A stretch of 64,000 nt of DNA from Octopus sinensis (GCF_006345805.1 NC_042997.1:19530001-19594000); one strand, 5' to 3'; positions 25,147 to 38,938 are shown, counted from the stretch's first letter. The notes: generated from the letters alone by a model not told the origin. Numbers and translations are program-made.

Positions 25147-25580
25147 AACCGTTAACATTTGGATTACTCAGTCAAATGTAATGTTTATTTATTCCCATTG
25201 TAAGGCAGCAAGCTGTCAGAATCATTAATGCACCAGGCAAAATGTATAAAAACATTTTGCTTGTCATCGTGTTCTGAGTTCAAATTCTGTGAGTTTGACT
25301 TTGTCTTTCATCCTTGTGGGATTGATAAAATAAGTACCAGTTGACTTCTAGAGTTGAAGTAATGGACCTGCAATCCAACCCATCCCACAATTGTTGGCCT
25401 TGTGCCAAAATTTGAAACCTCTTTATTCACATTGCTTTGATTTAATCATGCATTACCTTGTAACTTCAAGATTTTGATGATGTAATTGCTCATTGTTAGA
25501 ATGAGAGTGTAGGGTTGGAGGGAGAAGCCAGTTTGAACATAAACAGGCAGATATGGTTGGTTTAAATGCTAAAGGGTTAA
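25147..25580. mobile_element. piggyBac-type MITE (family of 18505) split by a SINE B insertion at about 25201-25420
   Basis: Right end TAAATGCTAAAGGG-TTAA; SINE flanked by TTTATTC(C/A)CATTG. Confidence 0.65.
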
Positions 25581-25583
25581 ACT

Positions 25584-25852
25584 ATCATCATCATCATCAT
25601 AATCATCATCGTTTAACGTCTGTTTTCCATGCTAGCATGGGTTGGACAATTTGACTGAAGACTGGCGAACCAGATGGCTGCACCAGGCTCCAATCTTGAT
25701 CTGGCAGAGTTTCTACAGCTAGATGCCCTTCCTAACGCCAACCACTCCAAGAGTGTAGTGGGTGCTTTTACGTGCCACCGGCACGAGGGCCAGTCAGGCA
25801 GTACTGGCAACGGCCACGCCCAAATGGTGTTTTTTTTATGTGCCACCTGCAC
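25584..25852 (-). mobile_element. RTE 3'UTR fragment
   Basis: (CAT)n GTTTAACGTC...GTGCCACCGGCACG. Confidence 0.88.
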
Positions 25853-27071
25853 ACCTGCACATATATACCTTGTAAATATTTATAAACTATATACCGTGTA
25901 AATATTTAGTACATAAAAAGGTTGTGGTAAGATACCTGTTAGAATGATTGAAGTGTCAAATGTATGAGTGTAATTAATGTCACAGACATTCATTAGAAGA
26001 AATTTGATAAATGAAGTAAATACATCTTGCTAACTAGTTTACTTGAAGTAGTAGCAAAGAAAGTATAGCTAAAATAGATAAAAGAACTTCAAGAGGTTGT
26101 TAAAGTTTTCCTTTGATGTAATTGGCAGACTAAATACAGCCTAAGAAACAAGGTGTTAAGTGAGGTATAAACATCGAGTGTAGAAGACCTGAGGAGGTGG
26201 AAATGAACAAGTCAATTATGATCCATTGGATATGAAAAAATTGCATGGAAGAGTGAGCTCAAATGAGCTGAGATATTAGCAGAGTATTAAAGGCATGAAA
26301 TGGTGTGCACAGGGGAGACAAAATTACTTGTATGTGAATGTGATGTAAATGAACAATGGATATTGAGTGAAAGGTAATTATGAAAGAAAGTGAGATATGA
26401 CAAAGTTAAACTTCAGAATAGGATTATGAGTGTCCCTCAAGAGATAAAATACTAAGATGAATGGTAATTTGCTACACAGTAAAGCAATCTGATCCCCTTG
26501 GATGGAAAGGAAGTTTTAAAATGATAATAATAAAATTGTATATGTATTCATAAGGAAGGAGACAAAGAGAGAGGAAGATGCTAGCATATGAGTTCACATT
26601 GCTAGCTTATTAATCAACTGTCTAATCTTTTTTGAAATTAATATAACTGGGCTGAGTTTCAAAGGCAGGCATTTAACTTTACTAGTCTCCATATCTTGTC
26701 TAGTCATTTACCTAATTGCCAGTGTGTCAGGTTTGGTCAAATGGATCTCATTTGGAGCTGATATAGGACTACACAAATACAACAGAAACTAGTCTTAGTT
26801 TTCCAACTTACAACAGATACCATTCTTACAGCAAAGAATTCACTAGTAAAAATCTTTGAACGAAGTCTTAGATGCAAAACTTCCAGAATGATATTCTTCT
26901 GGTGTTTCAAAAATATTGAGTGGGTGACAAACAATGGGGCTTTTTCTTTGATTTACTTCCACACTAGTATTAATCAAATTTGACCTTTCTTCATTGCCCT
27001 CCAAAATATGTTAGTTTCATTTTCAGTACTCAGTGTAATGTAATGCCACATCATTATTTTGGAGCACTTTT

Positions 27072-27277
27072 CTCTTTTACTTGTTTCAGTCATTTGACTG
27101 TGGCCATGCTGGAGCACCGCCTTTAGTCGAGCAAATCAACCCCAGCACTTATTCTTTGTAAGCCTAGTACTTATTCTATTGGTCTCTTTTGCTGAACTGC
27201 TAAGTTATGGGGATGTAAACACACCACCATAGGTTGTCAAGCGATGTTGGGGGACAAACACAGACACACAAGTGTAT

Positions 27278-27329
<52 letters not shown>

Positions 27330-27487
27330 CGGGTTTCTTTCAGTTTCCGTCTACCAAATCCACTCACTAGGCTTTGGTCAGCCCGAGGCTATAGTTGAAG
27401 ACATTTGCCCAAGGTGCCACGCAGTGGGAATGAACCCGGAACCATGTGGTTAGTAAGCAAGCTACTTACCACACAGCCACTCCTGCA
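27072..27487 (-). mobile_element. SINE family A
   Basis: Full-length match. Confidence 0.9.
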
Positions 27488-28145
27488 ACTTCTTACTTAG
27501 GCTTGTTGCTGGAGAACTTGCAGTAGAGAACAACCATTGACATTCTAATGCCCAACATAATGTTTGCCATGCAAGATTTGTTCCCTGGTCTATAGAGCAG
27601 CTCAAGCAGCAGCTGTTGCATTTTCTAAGAGGGATAAAACCTGCTGATTCTCATGACTGAATGTAGACACTGCAAAGAATATTGGTGTGTAGTTACATAT
27701 ACCCATTATTAAGCTGCTGTATTCTATATCATCCTCGTATAGTGTGCCCAAAGCAAGCTCTCATCAAGTGGACCTATAATCAAAAGTACTCCATCTCTGA
27801 CCATCCCAGTTTTTATGTAAATATAGGACAGCATTGTTCTTGTTTTAAGATAAAAGAGTGTAATTTAGGAGAGTTAGGCTGATATTTCTAGTAAAACAAT
27901 TGACTACATAGATAATTTCTTATTGGCATGTCCAAAATCTGTAATAAATATAATAATTATAGCTAGGCATACTTGAATATTTGTTAGTAAGATCAGCTTT
28001 TGACTTGAAATAGGTAGGCATATTTTGGTAGAAAAAATAGTTGAAATGTGTGTGTATAACATATATACACCACTTCAACAGGCTTATGGAAAAGAGCTAG
28101 CTGAACACATTCATATTGCAGGTTTAGTTGCACATAGTTGCAAAG

Positions 28146-28184
<39 letters not shown>

Positions 28185-28590
28185 CCATCATCTAAAGTCC
28201 TCCTTCCATGCTGGCATGGGTTGGACGTTTTGATATGAGTTAGTCAGATGCACCATGCATCTGTGTCTGTTTTGGCATGGTTTTTATGGCAGGATACCCT
28301 TTCTAACACCAACCACTGTGTAGAGTGGGCTGAAGGCTTTTTACATGGCACTCACATGGGTGAGGTCGGTTTTGGTGTGATTTTTACAGCTGGATGCCCT
28401 TCCAAATGCCAACCACTTGCTGTGTCTTGCTGTGTGGATCGAGTGCTTTTTAAGTGGTACCTGCACTGGTGGAGGTCACCAAGTGACTCTGAAAGACAAA
28501 GAGTCTTTGAGAGTGGAGGGGGCATTGAATGAGGTGTTCTAGTGTCAGATGATGAAAGATTAGAGTGCGACAGAGAAGCAGAAACAGATG
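28146..28590 (-). mobile_element. Older RTE-type 3' fragment with (CAT)n
   Basis: Long (CAT)n plus diverged UTR. Confidence 0.6.
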
Positions 28591-28596
28591 ACTTGC

Positions 28597-28833
28597 TAAG
28601 GCAGTGAGCTGGAAAAAATGTTAGCACACCGGGCGAAGTTCTTAGTGGTATTTCATCTGCCATTATGTTCTGAGTTCAAATTCCACTGAGGTCGTCTTTG
28701 CCTTTCATCCTTTCGGGGTCAAAAAATTAAGTACCAGTTACGCACTGGGGTCGATGTAATCGACTTAATCCCTTTGTCTGTCCTTGTTTGTCCCTTCTAT
28801 GTTTAGCTCCTTGTGGGCAATAAAGAAATAAGA
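28597..28833 (+). mobile_element. SINE family B
   Basis: GGCAGTGAGCTGG...GAGTTCAAATTCC...GCCTTTCATCCTTTCGGGGTC...AAAGAAATA. Confidence 0.88.
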
Positions 28834-29249
28834 AACAGATATCTTGTTGTAGAGAAGGTCCATGGTTACCCAACGCAAGAGAGGGAGAGAGAGAGGAAGT
28901 TATAGAGAGAGAGAGAATAAGAGCAAGAATTAACAAGAATGAGGGCAGAAACAATTACCTAGAGAGTGTGGGAATTAACAAGAAAGGGGTGTCCTGCTGT
29001 AAAGGAGTAGGCTTCTTAAACACATAGCCATGATTAAAAATCTTTTTAAGGAACTTTCTTTAGAAATCTTTCACAAATATCATTTATAGAATAAATTTTC
29101 TAGGAAAATATCAATACTGACCCCTTTTTTTTTCAGCTCTGAAAATGCCCATTTAATTTCAGTAAGTTCAAAACTAAATTATCATATCAAGCCTGCTATA
29201 AGATTGCATTCAGCTTTCTCGTTCCCATAAGTCTGTTGAAATAGTGTTA

Positions 29250-29636
29250 TCTTTATATATAAAAGTGAAGTTGTGTGTCTGTCTCCAACGATTTAGATTC
29301 CTAACTACTCCCACATTTTGCGGTGCAGTTTAACCAAAACTGGGTATCTTATAGTCATGATTCATATCGAGCCCTTCTGGGTATTAGCAGATGAGTCTAC
29401 GATTTAAAAAAAAGTTTACCATCATTTTTTCCATTTTAATGCATTTTTTCGCTATTATATAAGGGAAGTAACTCTCTAAAAATGTCTACGATGAGTCAAC
29501 GATTTAAAAAAAATTTACCATCATTTTTTTTCCGTTTTTAATGCCTTTTTTTGCTATTTTTTGGCTGTAACTCTCTAAAAATGCTTATATAGTTATTTCC
29601 CTTACAAACCCGAGCAACACTGGGCGATACTGCTAG
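29250..29636 (+). mobile_element. Non-autonomous Helitron
   Basis: A|TC 5' end, subterminal CCCGAGCAACACTGGG hairpin, CTAG|T 3' end, no TSD, internal tandem duplication. Confidence 0.8.
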
Positions 29637-30232
29637 TTTAGTATAACACTTTACAGCACAAATAGCCAATTCTGATGGACCCCTTCACAATAACCTCTAA
29701 CTCTCTCATGAGAAATTGATCAACGTCATGTTTATTTATCCCTTGATGGCATAGGTTTGAATTCTGTAAAAAATGAAACAACATGTCTATACTGAAGAAC
29801 TGCAGTAGATGTGTTTATAACATCTGCATACGGTGTATTTGTGTTCCATATAACAAAAATCAAATATATCTATTGGGCCAAAATGAAGTGTGTTTGATAC
29901 CTCTTTGTAGTTACATTTGTAGAGTCTGATGATGATGATGGTGTATATAAGTATGTATTTGAGTAGCAGCAAAGATTTCAAACTTATATTGAGTAGGTTT
30001 CATACAACAAAATAAAAAACAATTGCGGCTCCCAATTTCTGTCACTTCCTTATGTTAGAGGATGTATGAACATTTTAGGCAAGTTTAATACATGCACACA
30101 CGCACACACACACACACACAAACATATATACATGCACAAGCATACAGACATATATACACAAACACACACTAATGAATATTTATATATATATATATTTCAT
30201 GTTTGGATTAACTTTTTATATATATATATATA

Positions 30233-30463
30233 TTTCTTTACTACCCACAAGGAGCTAAGCACAGAGGGGACAAACAAGGACAGACAAATGGATTAAGTCG
30301 ATTACATCGACCCCAGTGCGTAACTGGTACTTAATTTATCGACCCCGAAAGGATGAAAGGCACAGTCGACCTCGGTGGAATTTGAACTCAGAACGTAACG
30401 GCAGACGAAATACGGCTACGCATTTCGCCCGGCATGCTAACGCTTCTGCCAGCTCGCCACCTT
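30233..30463 (-). mobile_element. SINE family B inserted in (TA)n
   Basis: Full-length match, TA tracts on both sides. Confidence 0.9.
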
Positions 30464-30507
<44 letters not shown>

Positions 30508-30511
30508 ATAT

Positions 30512-30545
<34 letters not shown>

Positions 30546-31115
30546 GTAGGTATATATGAGTATGTGACTAGTTTTAAAATGCATATTATATTGGTATATT
30601 GTGTGTGCATGTGCATGTATGTGTGCATGAGAGTGCATGTGTGTGTATGTGTGTGTGTGTCCAGTAACATTCACTGACCATTAACTTCATAACATACATG
30701 TCTTATTTGCATGAAAAAAGCTGATAAATTTAATTGCATAATACATTGACAGTAATATGAAATTATCACTAAAATCTCCTAATCTAAAAAGGAAGGGTGT
30801 TATACATAAAATATGTAAATGCTACTCAAAATGAATATCTCTGAGAGGGAAGAATGTGACTTATGAGGTTATATAATGGGATTAAATTGGATAGTGAGAG
30901 GAACCATGTAGCACTGTGGAAGAAGAGAAAGTATGAGAGTAGCAATAGGAAAGGAGCGGTAAGAGATCAGTAGTCATTGAGAGGGATGGTGAGGAGAAGA
31001 GAAATGAAGATTGAGACAGTGGTATGAAAATATCAAGGGAGAAAGACAAGGTGGTTGTAGGCATATGGACAAGGAAGTTATAATGGAGAAATTGTTTACA
31101 AGTTGACAGTGCAAG

Positions 31116-31119
31116 ACAA

Positions 31120-31157
<38 letters not shown>

Positions 31158-31966
31158 TGTGTGTGTGACTGCATGTGTGTGTGTGTCTGCATGTGTGTGT
31201 GTGTGTCTGCATGTGTATGTGCATGTATGTGGGTGCACATGTGCAGGTGTGTGCATCCGTGTCAGTTTGTGTCTGTGTGTGCCTGTGCACGTATGTGTAT
31301 GCACATGTGTGCTTTTGTATGTGCATATGTGTGTGTATATGTGTGTGTGTCTGTCTGTCTGTCTGCATGTGTATGTGCATGTATTTGAGTGCATATGTTC
31401 ATGTGTGTGTGTCTGTGTCTGTATGTGCATGTGCACATTTGTGTGTGTATGTGTGCTTTTGTATGTGTATGTATGTGTATGTGCATGCATGTGTGTGTGT
31501 GTCTGTCTGCATGTGTATGTGCATGTATGTGAGTGCACATGTGCGGGTGTGTGCGTCCGTGTCAGTTTGTGTCTGTGTGTGCCTGTGCACGTATGTGTAT
31601 GCACGTGTGCTTTTGTATGTGCATATGTGTGTGTATATGTGTGTGTGTATCTGTCTGTCTGCATGTGTATGTGCATGTATGTGAGTGCATGTGTGTGTGT
31701 CCATGTAAGTTTGTGTCCGTGTGTGCATGTGCACATTTGTGTGTGTGTGTACATGTGCTTTTGTATGTGCATGTATGTGTATGTGTGTATGTGTCTGTCT
31801 GCATGTGTATGTGCATGTATTTGAGTGCATATGTTCATGTGTGTGTGTGTGTGTCTGTATGTGCATGTGCACATTTGTGTGTGTATGTGTGCTTTTGTAT
31901 GTGTATGTATGTGTATGTGTATGTATGTGTATGTGCATGCATGTGTGTGTGTGTGCACATGCATAT
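31116..31966. repeat. Complex (TG)-based minisatellite, about 135-155-bp units
   Basis: GCTTTTGTATGTG recurs at about 31311, 31455, 31609, 31757, 31890. Confidence 0.85.
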
Positions 31967-33091
31967 CTCAGATAGTGAAAGAAACAGACATGTTTGGGGA
32001 GCAGACTATTTTATTTATAAGCGAAGTGGATGGAGAGAAACAAGAAAGAATGGAGCTGACACAACTTGGGGAAGGAAAGGGAAAATAAATGAAAATAGTT
32101 TGAGAATCTCTATTGTAAGGAACAGATGAAACCTCTTTTGACCTGCAGAAAGATTGTATCCCATTAAATTATGTGAGTTAGTCACTGTTCTCAACTGACA
32201 AGCAGAACAGAGTAACTTCTATCACCAGCCCTGGAGCTGAAATGTCACTGCAGGCTTGTGGAGGTTATTTCACAGCAAGCATCTTTCTCTTCTCTGCTCA
32301 TCTACATAAATAGCGTCCGTCTTGAATCTTTCCTCCCAATATTTCCTTGAATTTATATTTACATATTCATTTATTTATTTACTTCCTCTCTTCCATGATG
32401 TCCTTAATCTGAAAAGAGCACCATAAAGGCTTCATCTTTTTACTTCTTTCAAAGATCTAATGTGTTATGGAAAAACTATCTAAAGCAAGCTGTATTAAGT
32501 AGATTAAGATTAATTAGTGTGCAAAATAAGGTTTCTAATGATGCAGTATTAGATGTGGTTTTATGGATTGTTGGTTGGTGCTCTTGCCTAGTGAAATAAG
32601 CCAGTCAGACGAGCTTTCAAATATTGGAAATACCTTAGAAAGGGAAGGGGGTTGACCACATTCCTCAATGAAGATAAAACTTTAAAATGAAAAATGTTGA
32701 TATGGAAGGATCTTTTCTCCTTTGTGATTTTAACACATGTAGACTGACACACACTCTTTTCTATGAGTTCTCCAAGAGGAGCTAGCCCATGTAAGTTGTA
32801 TGGGTTCTATCAAATAAAGGTATTTTGAGTAACAGACAAAATATTTTTCCTTCAATATTTGAATTAGTATATAGTTTAGTGATGTATAACCTCAATACAT
32901 TTAGTGTTTGGTAAAAGGAAATGCATTTATATGAACAAATGATATATGTATGAGAATTGAATTATATCAAACAGAGAATGACTGGAAAATAAAAAGAATT
33001 AGTCTCATATGTATATTGATATGTAGAGGGATAAGATCACAATTAATAAAAAATCTTAGCAAAGATTCTAAGATTTTTGTTTTGGTATGTA

Positions 33092-33492
33092 TACTCTTTT
33101 ACTTGTTTCAGTCATTTGACTGCGGCCATGCTGGAGCACCGCCTTTAGTCGAACAAATCGACCCCGGGACTTATTCTTTGTAAGCCCAGTACTTATTCTA
33201 TCGGTCTCTTTTGCTGAACTGCTAAATGACGCGGACATAAACACTCCAGCATCGGTTGTCAAGCAATACTAGGGGGACAAACACAGGCACACAAACACAC
33301 ATGCACATATATATATATATACATATATACGACAGGCTTCTTTCAGTTTCCGTCTACCAAATCCACTCACAAGGCTTTGGTCAGCCCGAGGCTATAGTAG
33401 AAGACACTTGCCCAAGGTGCCACGCAGTGGAACTGAACCCAGAACCATGTGGTTCGTAAGCAAGCTACTTACCACACAGCCACTCCTATGCC
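33092..33492 (-). mobile_element. SINE family A
   Basis: Full-length match followed by (TATG)n. Confidence 0.9.
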
Positions 33493-34082
33493 TATGTATG
33501 TATGTATGTATGTATGTATGTATGTATGTATGTGTATATGTCTCTATGGATGTACACATACGTATATACAACTAAGTAAGCTCAATTAAATAGTAAGATA
33601 TCAATGAACGCATTGAGATTGTTGACCAGGAAGAAATATTTCCATACATTGTTAATGCTTTTTCCTATTACCAAATAATGTTTAAAATGACAATTTCAGA
33701 AATGTTTTATGACATAAGCGAATCATCTCTTTACTTACCCACAATAAGACCAATACTTAAATATACTTTACTGCAGTAATTAAATAGATGAATTACTATT
33801 CAACTTACAAAAATTCTTTACAAAAGTTAACATTATTCATAGATTACAAATATATTCAAACATGGTATTCAAAGTAAAGTGCTTTGTTAAAAAATACTAC
33901 AAATGCCTATATAAATATAAGAGTATCTCATGTATAGGTTGTATGTTTCATTAAAAAATAGTCTTCATAACTTCAGTCTGTTCAGATTATATTAATTTTT
34001 TTAATACACCTTCTTGTACCTAGAAAGTAGACCCAGACACCTCATCTCTACCATCTTTATCTCTCTTATCTCTATGGGGGAA

Positions 34083-34461
34083 GCACTCCGTCAGTTACGA
34101 CGATGAGGGTTCCGGTTGATCCAAATCAACGGAACAGCCTGCTCATGAAATTAATGTGTAAGTGGCTGAGCACTCCACAGACACGTGCACCCTTAACGTA
34201 GTTCTCAGGGATATTCAGCGTGACACAGAGAGTGACAAGGCCGGCCCCTTGAAATATAGGTACAACAGAAACAGGAAGTAAAAGTGAGAGAAAGTTATGG
34301 TGAAAGAGTACAGCAGGGATCACCACCATCCCCTGCCGGAGGCTCGTGGAGCTTTTAGGTGTTTTCGCTCAATAAACACTCACAACGCCCGGTCTGGGAA
34401 TCGAAACCGCGATCCTACGACCGCGAGTCCGCTGCCCTAACCACTGGGCCATTGCGCCTCC
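34083..34461 (-). mobile_element. tRNA-derived SINE (head H1, tail T2), young
   Basis: CpG-rich head GGAGGCGCAATGGCCCAGTGG...; TTATCTCTAT repeated at 34066-34075 and 34466-34475 (possible TSD). Confidence 0.88.
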
Positions 34462-35040
34462 ACTATTATCTCTATACCCACTCCTTATGTAATACGGTGT
34501 TTCCATATGTCTCTTTTACCAAATGATACCTGTCCCTGTTCCTCTCCATCATTTTTAGATTCTCAGCATCTGGCATAAAGCCGCTTCCCTTTCTGCACCT
34601 CCCACTCAGGCAAGAAGGCATTTTTATATCATGAGTTATCTGGTAATTTCACTGGTACCAACCAGTGCCATGGAAATAGCACCCTGTACACTCTATAAAG
34701 TGATCGGCATTATAATGGGCATCCAGTCATAGAAACCATTCCAAAGCAGACATTGGAGTTCAACACAGTTCTTCATCTCATCACATCCTATCAAACCGAC
34801 CAACACATGCCAGCATTTAGAAGACAGACATAAAATGATGATGATGATGATGATGACAACAATGACAATGGTGGCGGTGGTGGTAGCAGCAGTGGCAGTG
34901 GCAACAGTGGTGGTGGTGGTGAGGATTTCTTTTACATGAGAATCTTCAGTTTACACACACACAGTTACAGTAAGATTCTAAACACAAACCATAGATAAAC
35001 GGTTTGTGTTTATAACTGAATAGAGCAGCACAAAGCATAT

Positions 35041-35489
35041 ACTCTTTACTCTTTTACTTGTTTCAGTCATTTGACTGTGGCCATGCTGGAGCACTGCCTT
35101 TAGTTGAGAAAAACAACCCCAGGACTTATTCTTTGTAAGCCTAGTACTTATTCTATCGGTCTCTTTTGCTGAACTGCTTAGTTACGGGGGACGTAAACAC
35201 ACCAGCATCGGTTGTCAAGCGATGTTGGGGGACAAACACAGACACACAAACATACACACACATATATTTATACATATATATAAACATATACACACACACA
35301 TACATATATATACATATACATATATACGACGGGCTTCTTTCAGTTTCCGTCGACAAAATCCACTCACAAGGATTTGGTTGGCCCGATGCTATAGTAGAAG
35401 ACACTTGCCCAAGGTGCCATGCAGTGGGACTGAACCCAGAACCATGTGGTTCGTAAGCAAGCTACTTACCACACAGCTACTCCTACACC
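35041..35489 (-). mobile_element. SINE family A
   Basis: Full-length match. Confidence 0.9.
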
Positions 35490-36219
35490 TGAATGGATTA
35501 ATTTTAAAATTAGTCCATTGTTTGTAATACAGTAATTCAAGTAGGATGTAGAAGCACAAAAATATATTTTATGATTAAGATTGAATCAAATTTGTTTCCA
35601 TTTGTAAAGAAATATGTGTTTTTAAGTATAGGTTTAAGCATGGCTATGTGGTTAAGATGATTGCTTCTCAACCACATAGTTTTGGGTTCAGCCCCATTGC
35701 ATGAAACTTTTAGTGATTTTAATGGAAAGAAACTGAACAAAGCCTATCATGTATGTATTGCTATAGAAAAACTTACTGCACTGAAATCCCCACTGACCCA
35801 TGGAGCCATGGAAAAGTAGATGTTAAAATGATGATGATGATGCCAATAATGTATTATTGTTATGTATAATTTGTTTATGAAATATGATATGAAATACAAT
35901 TTTAAGGTTAATTACAGATCACATTGCACAGCTTATAATTAATTCAAGGATGGTTAATTATCTAAATATCAATTACATAAATGATAACATGAAATAATAA
36001 ACAAGCCAAAGAGAGAGCTTCTCAGTGGTTGTTCACCTACCAGAAATAGCAATTAAATCTACCTTTATCTTGAAAGGACACATGGAATAATGTGATCAGT
36101 TGTACTCAACGTTTTAAAAAAGTCAAAAATCATTTTTAAATGTAATGGTCATAGATGGAATGTTTTTCCTCAAAGATCTGCTCAGATCGCTTTTGAAAAT
36201 ATGCACACACACGCATAAA

Positions 36220-36902
36220 TCATCATCATCATCGTTTAACATCCGTTTTCCATGCTAGTATGGGTTGGATGGTCCAACCGGGGTCTAGGAAGCTAGGAGG
36301 CTGCTCCAGGCTCCAGTCTGATCTGGCAGTGTTTCTACAGCTAGATGACCTTCCTAATGCCAACCACTGTGAGTGTAGTGGGTGCTTTTTACATTCCACT
36401 GGCACAGGGGCTAGAGGAGGCTGGCAACGGCCACATTCGGATGGTGCTTTTTATATGCCACCGGCACGGGTATCACAACTACAATTTCCATTTGATTTTT
36501 ATTTTGATGTTGATGTACTTGACTCAGTAGGTCTCCTCAAGCACAGCAGGTCGCCCTATGATCCAAGGTATGCACAGCAGGCCATCCTGCAAGCCATGAA
36601 CTCACTTCATTTGTCAGGTCTTTGCAGTCACAGTATATCTCCATAGGTCTTGGTCTTTCGTCATTGCCTTTGTGAGACCCAACGTTCGAAGGTCATGCTT
36701 GACCACCTCATCCCATGCCTTCTTGCATCTACCTCTACCCCGGATTCCTTCAACTGTTTGGGAGTGGCACTTCTTCATGCATCTCTCCTCATCCACCTGT
36801 AGTACATGACCATACCAACGCAAATGTCTCTCCTGCACACCACATCCGATGCTTCTTATGTCCAACATTTCTCTCAGGATGCTTACACTGTCATGCGTGC
36901 AC
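36220..36902 (-). mobile_element. 5'-truncated RTE LINE (ORF C-terminus plus 3'UTR)
   Basis: ORF 36614-36904: HLRWYGHVL...RGRGRCKKAWDEVVKHDL; same family as 2361-4125. Confidence 0.9.
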
Positions 36903-38329
36903 ATTTATATATACAAAGCAAAGATACTTCTCTCTTGCAAGAGTCAAAAGGGTAGTGACATTGTCTAAACCAATATAGCCTTTCAAATCCTAAATACGAA
37001 AGTATGTTGAATAATTAGTTTGATTAATCAAGTTTTGATGCTAGTATACTGAACAAAGTAAAGGAGAGGAAGGATTTTCTTCAATAGGTTTACCATTCTG
37101 AAACTGAATGTAAATGTGAAATATTTGCTGTAGAGTAGGGAATATTCATGTTTTGAAATTTATATTTACATTGACAGTCCTTAATTTACTAGGTTATATC
37201 ACAGATTGCTTAAGCCACAAACTTCATTATTTCTGGTGAGTCATGACAAGGATGGTAGATGAACAACAGAGTCTCAACATATAAAAATATCTCTCTTTGC
37301 ATGTGAAAAAAACATTAGAAAGGAAGAGAGCTAAAACTCTACATGAAGCAGGCCTTAAAACACCTATAAAGTGATTTTAAAGTTTTCAACAGAAAATAAC
37401 ATTGACTTTCTTCCCACCACCAAGTTTTCTTCAGGCAGGCTAGAACAGAAGTTACTCTCGGAGGCACAAGTTCGGGCAAGGTTGTTTTATGGAAGAACTG
37501 CAGTCGTCCATGCATACTAGCCTCCCCTCTCCATGCCACTGATGTTATCCAAGGGAAAGGCAAAGGCTGATACAGCTTGGCACCAGTGACATTGCAATTA
37601 ATTTCTACAGCTGAGTGAACTGGAGCAACATGAAATAAAGTGTCTTGCTCAAGAACACAACACGCAGCCCAGTCTGGGAATCAAACTCACAACCTCATGA
37701 TTGTGAGCTTGATGCACAAACCACTGAGTCATGTGACATACGCTTTTACAACAGTATTGGTCTTATAACATACATAAAAGCTTTTTTTCTATAAAGATAT
37801 AGATACCACAAATAACATTTATAAACTAAAAGAGAACAACACTATACTAGAATTGAAGGTTTTCTAGCAACATAAAACATATCAGTAAATATATATATAT
37901 GTTGTTTACGTATTACGTATTTCATGTTATTTATGTTTTGTGGCATCCTGTACCCATATATGCATATATATATACATATATATGTATGTTCATATATGTA
38001 TGTATATATGCATATATTTATCTCTCTATCTCTCTCTATATATACATGTATGTATATATATATATATGTATTATTTATATCATTATATGACTGAATGCCA
38101 CGCAACTATTTCCAAGTAAGCATATCTTAATAATTTTGATGTGACTCTACCCTGTACTGTTCTCTCTCTCTCCTTTTCGTTTTCTCTCTCTTCCTTTCTC
38201 TAATTATTTTTTCTCCTCTTCTCCTCCTTTCACTTTTCTCTCTCATCCTTTCTCTAATTCTTTTTTCCACCCCTTCACCGTTTTCTTTCTCTCTTACTCT
38301 TTCTCCTTTACTCTCTCCCTCTCTCATTG

Positions 38330-38800
38330 CTCACACGTGACCATCGCCCATCTTTCTTTTCCTCACATGATCGTCTTTCTTTTCTTTCAGTCTGTCATAC
38401 AGACCAGACGCATTCTTATCTGTCTCCTCTTCCATCTTTTTTCTTACCAAAGACAATATTCCTCCAGCATTCACTACCTTACTGTGTCTGGCCTAAAGGC
38501 CCTCCATTTTTGTTTTTGTATGGCTTGTTGTATGTCTCCATTGTCCTGTTTTTGTTACCAACTTTCACCCTCCGCAAATCCCAAATTTTATTTTGGTTTT
38601 CAGGAGCAACTGCCTTTCAAAGCCTCATATTGTCGTTAATTGCTTGAAATGAGGAGTAGATGGACAGCCAACAACTAATGAAGGGTCGTTCTTTATGTTA
38701 CTTCTCTTGTTTTCCATTTATTTCTCTCGTTGTCTATATACCCAAGTTTGTCTTTGTACTTTATGTAGTTGTCATATTTCATGTTGTTTACATTTTGTGA
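38330..38800 (+). mobile_element. Unclassified repeat related to 1770-2280
   Basis: Shared internal motif and 3' end, followed by a TA tract. Confidence 0.4.
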
Positions 38801-38907
38801 CATCCTGCACCCATATATGCATATACATATATATGTATGTATGTACATATATATATATATATAAATATATATATTTTTATTTATATTATATTATGTATAT
38901 ATATATA

Positions 38908-38938
<31 letters not shown>

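Noticed and set aside
27497-27624. Minus-strand candidate exon, open in two frames
   Set aside because: Neither peptide is recognisable, and the donor abuts a SINE head.
31116-31966. CRISPR-like periodicity
   Set aside because: Eukaryotic context, low-complexity units, no unique spacers and no cas genes.
30882-32129. 360-aa His/Thr and overlapping Cys/Val ORFs
   Set aside because: They are translations of the TG/CA minisatellite and are open in several frames on both strands.
34380-34461. tRNA gene (also 44904-44975)
   Set aside because: These are tRNA-like SINE heads continuous with SINE body and TSD, with no complete cloverleaf evident.
6459-35527. Recurrent ORFs such as MLGDKHRHT... and ...SKLLTTQPLL
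   Set aside because: They are read-throughs of SINE family A copies.
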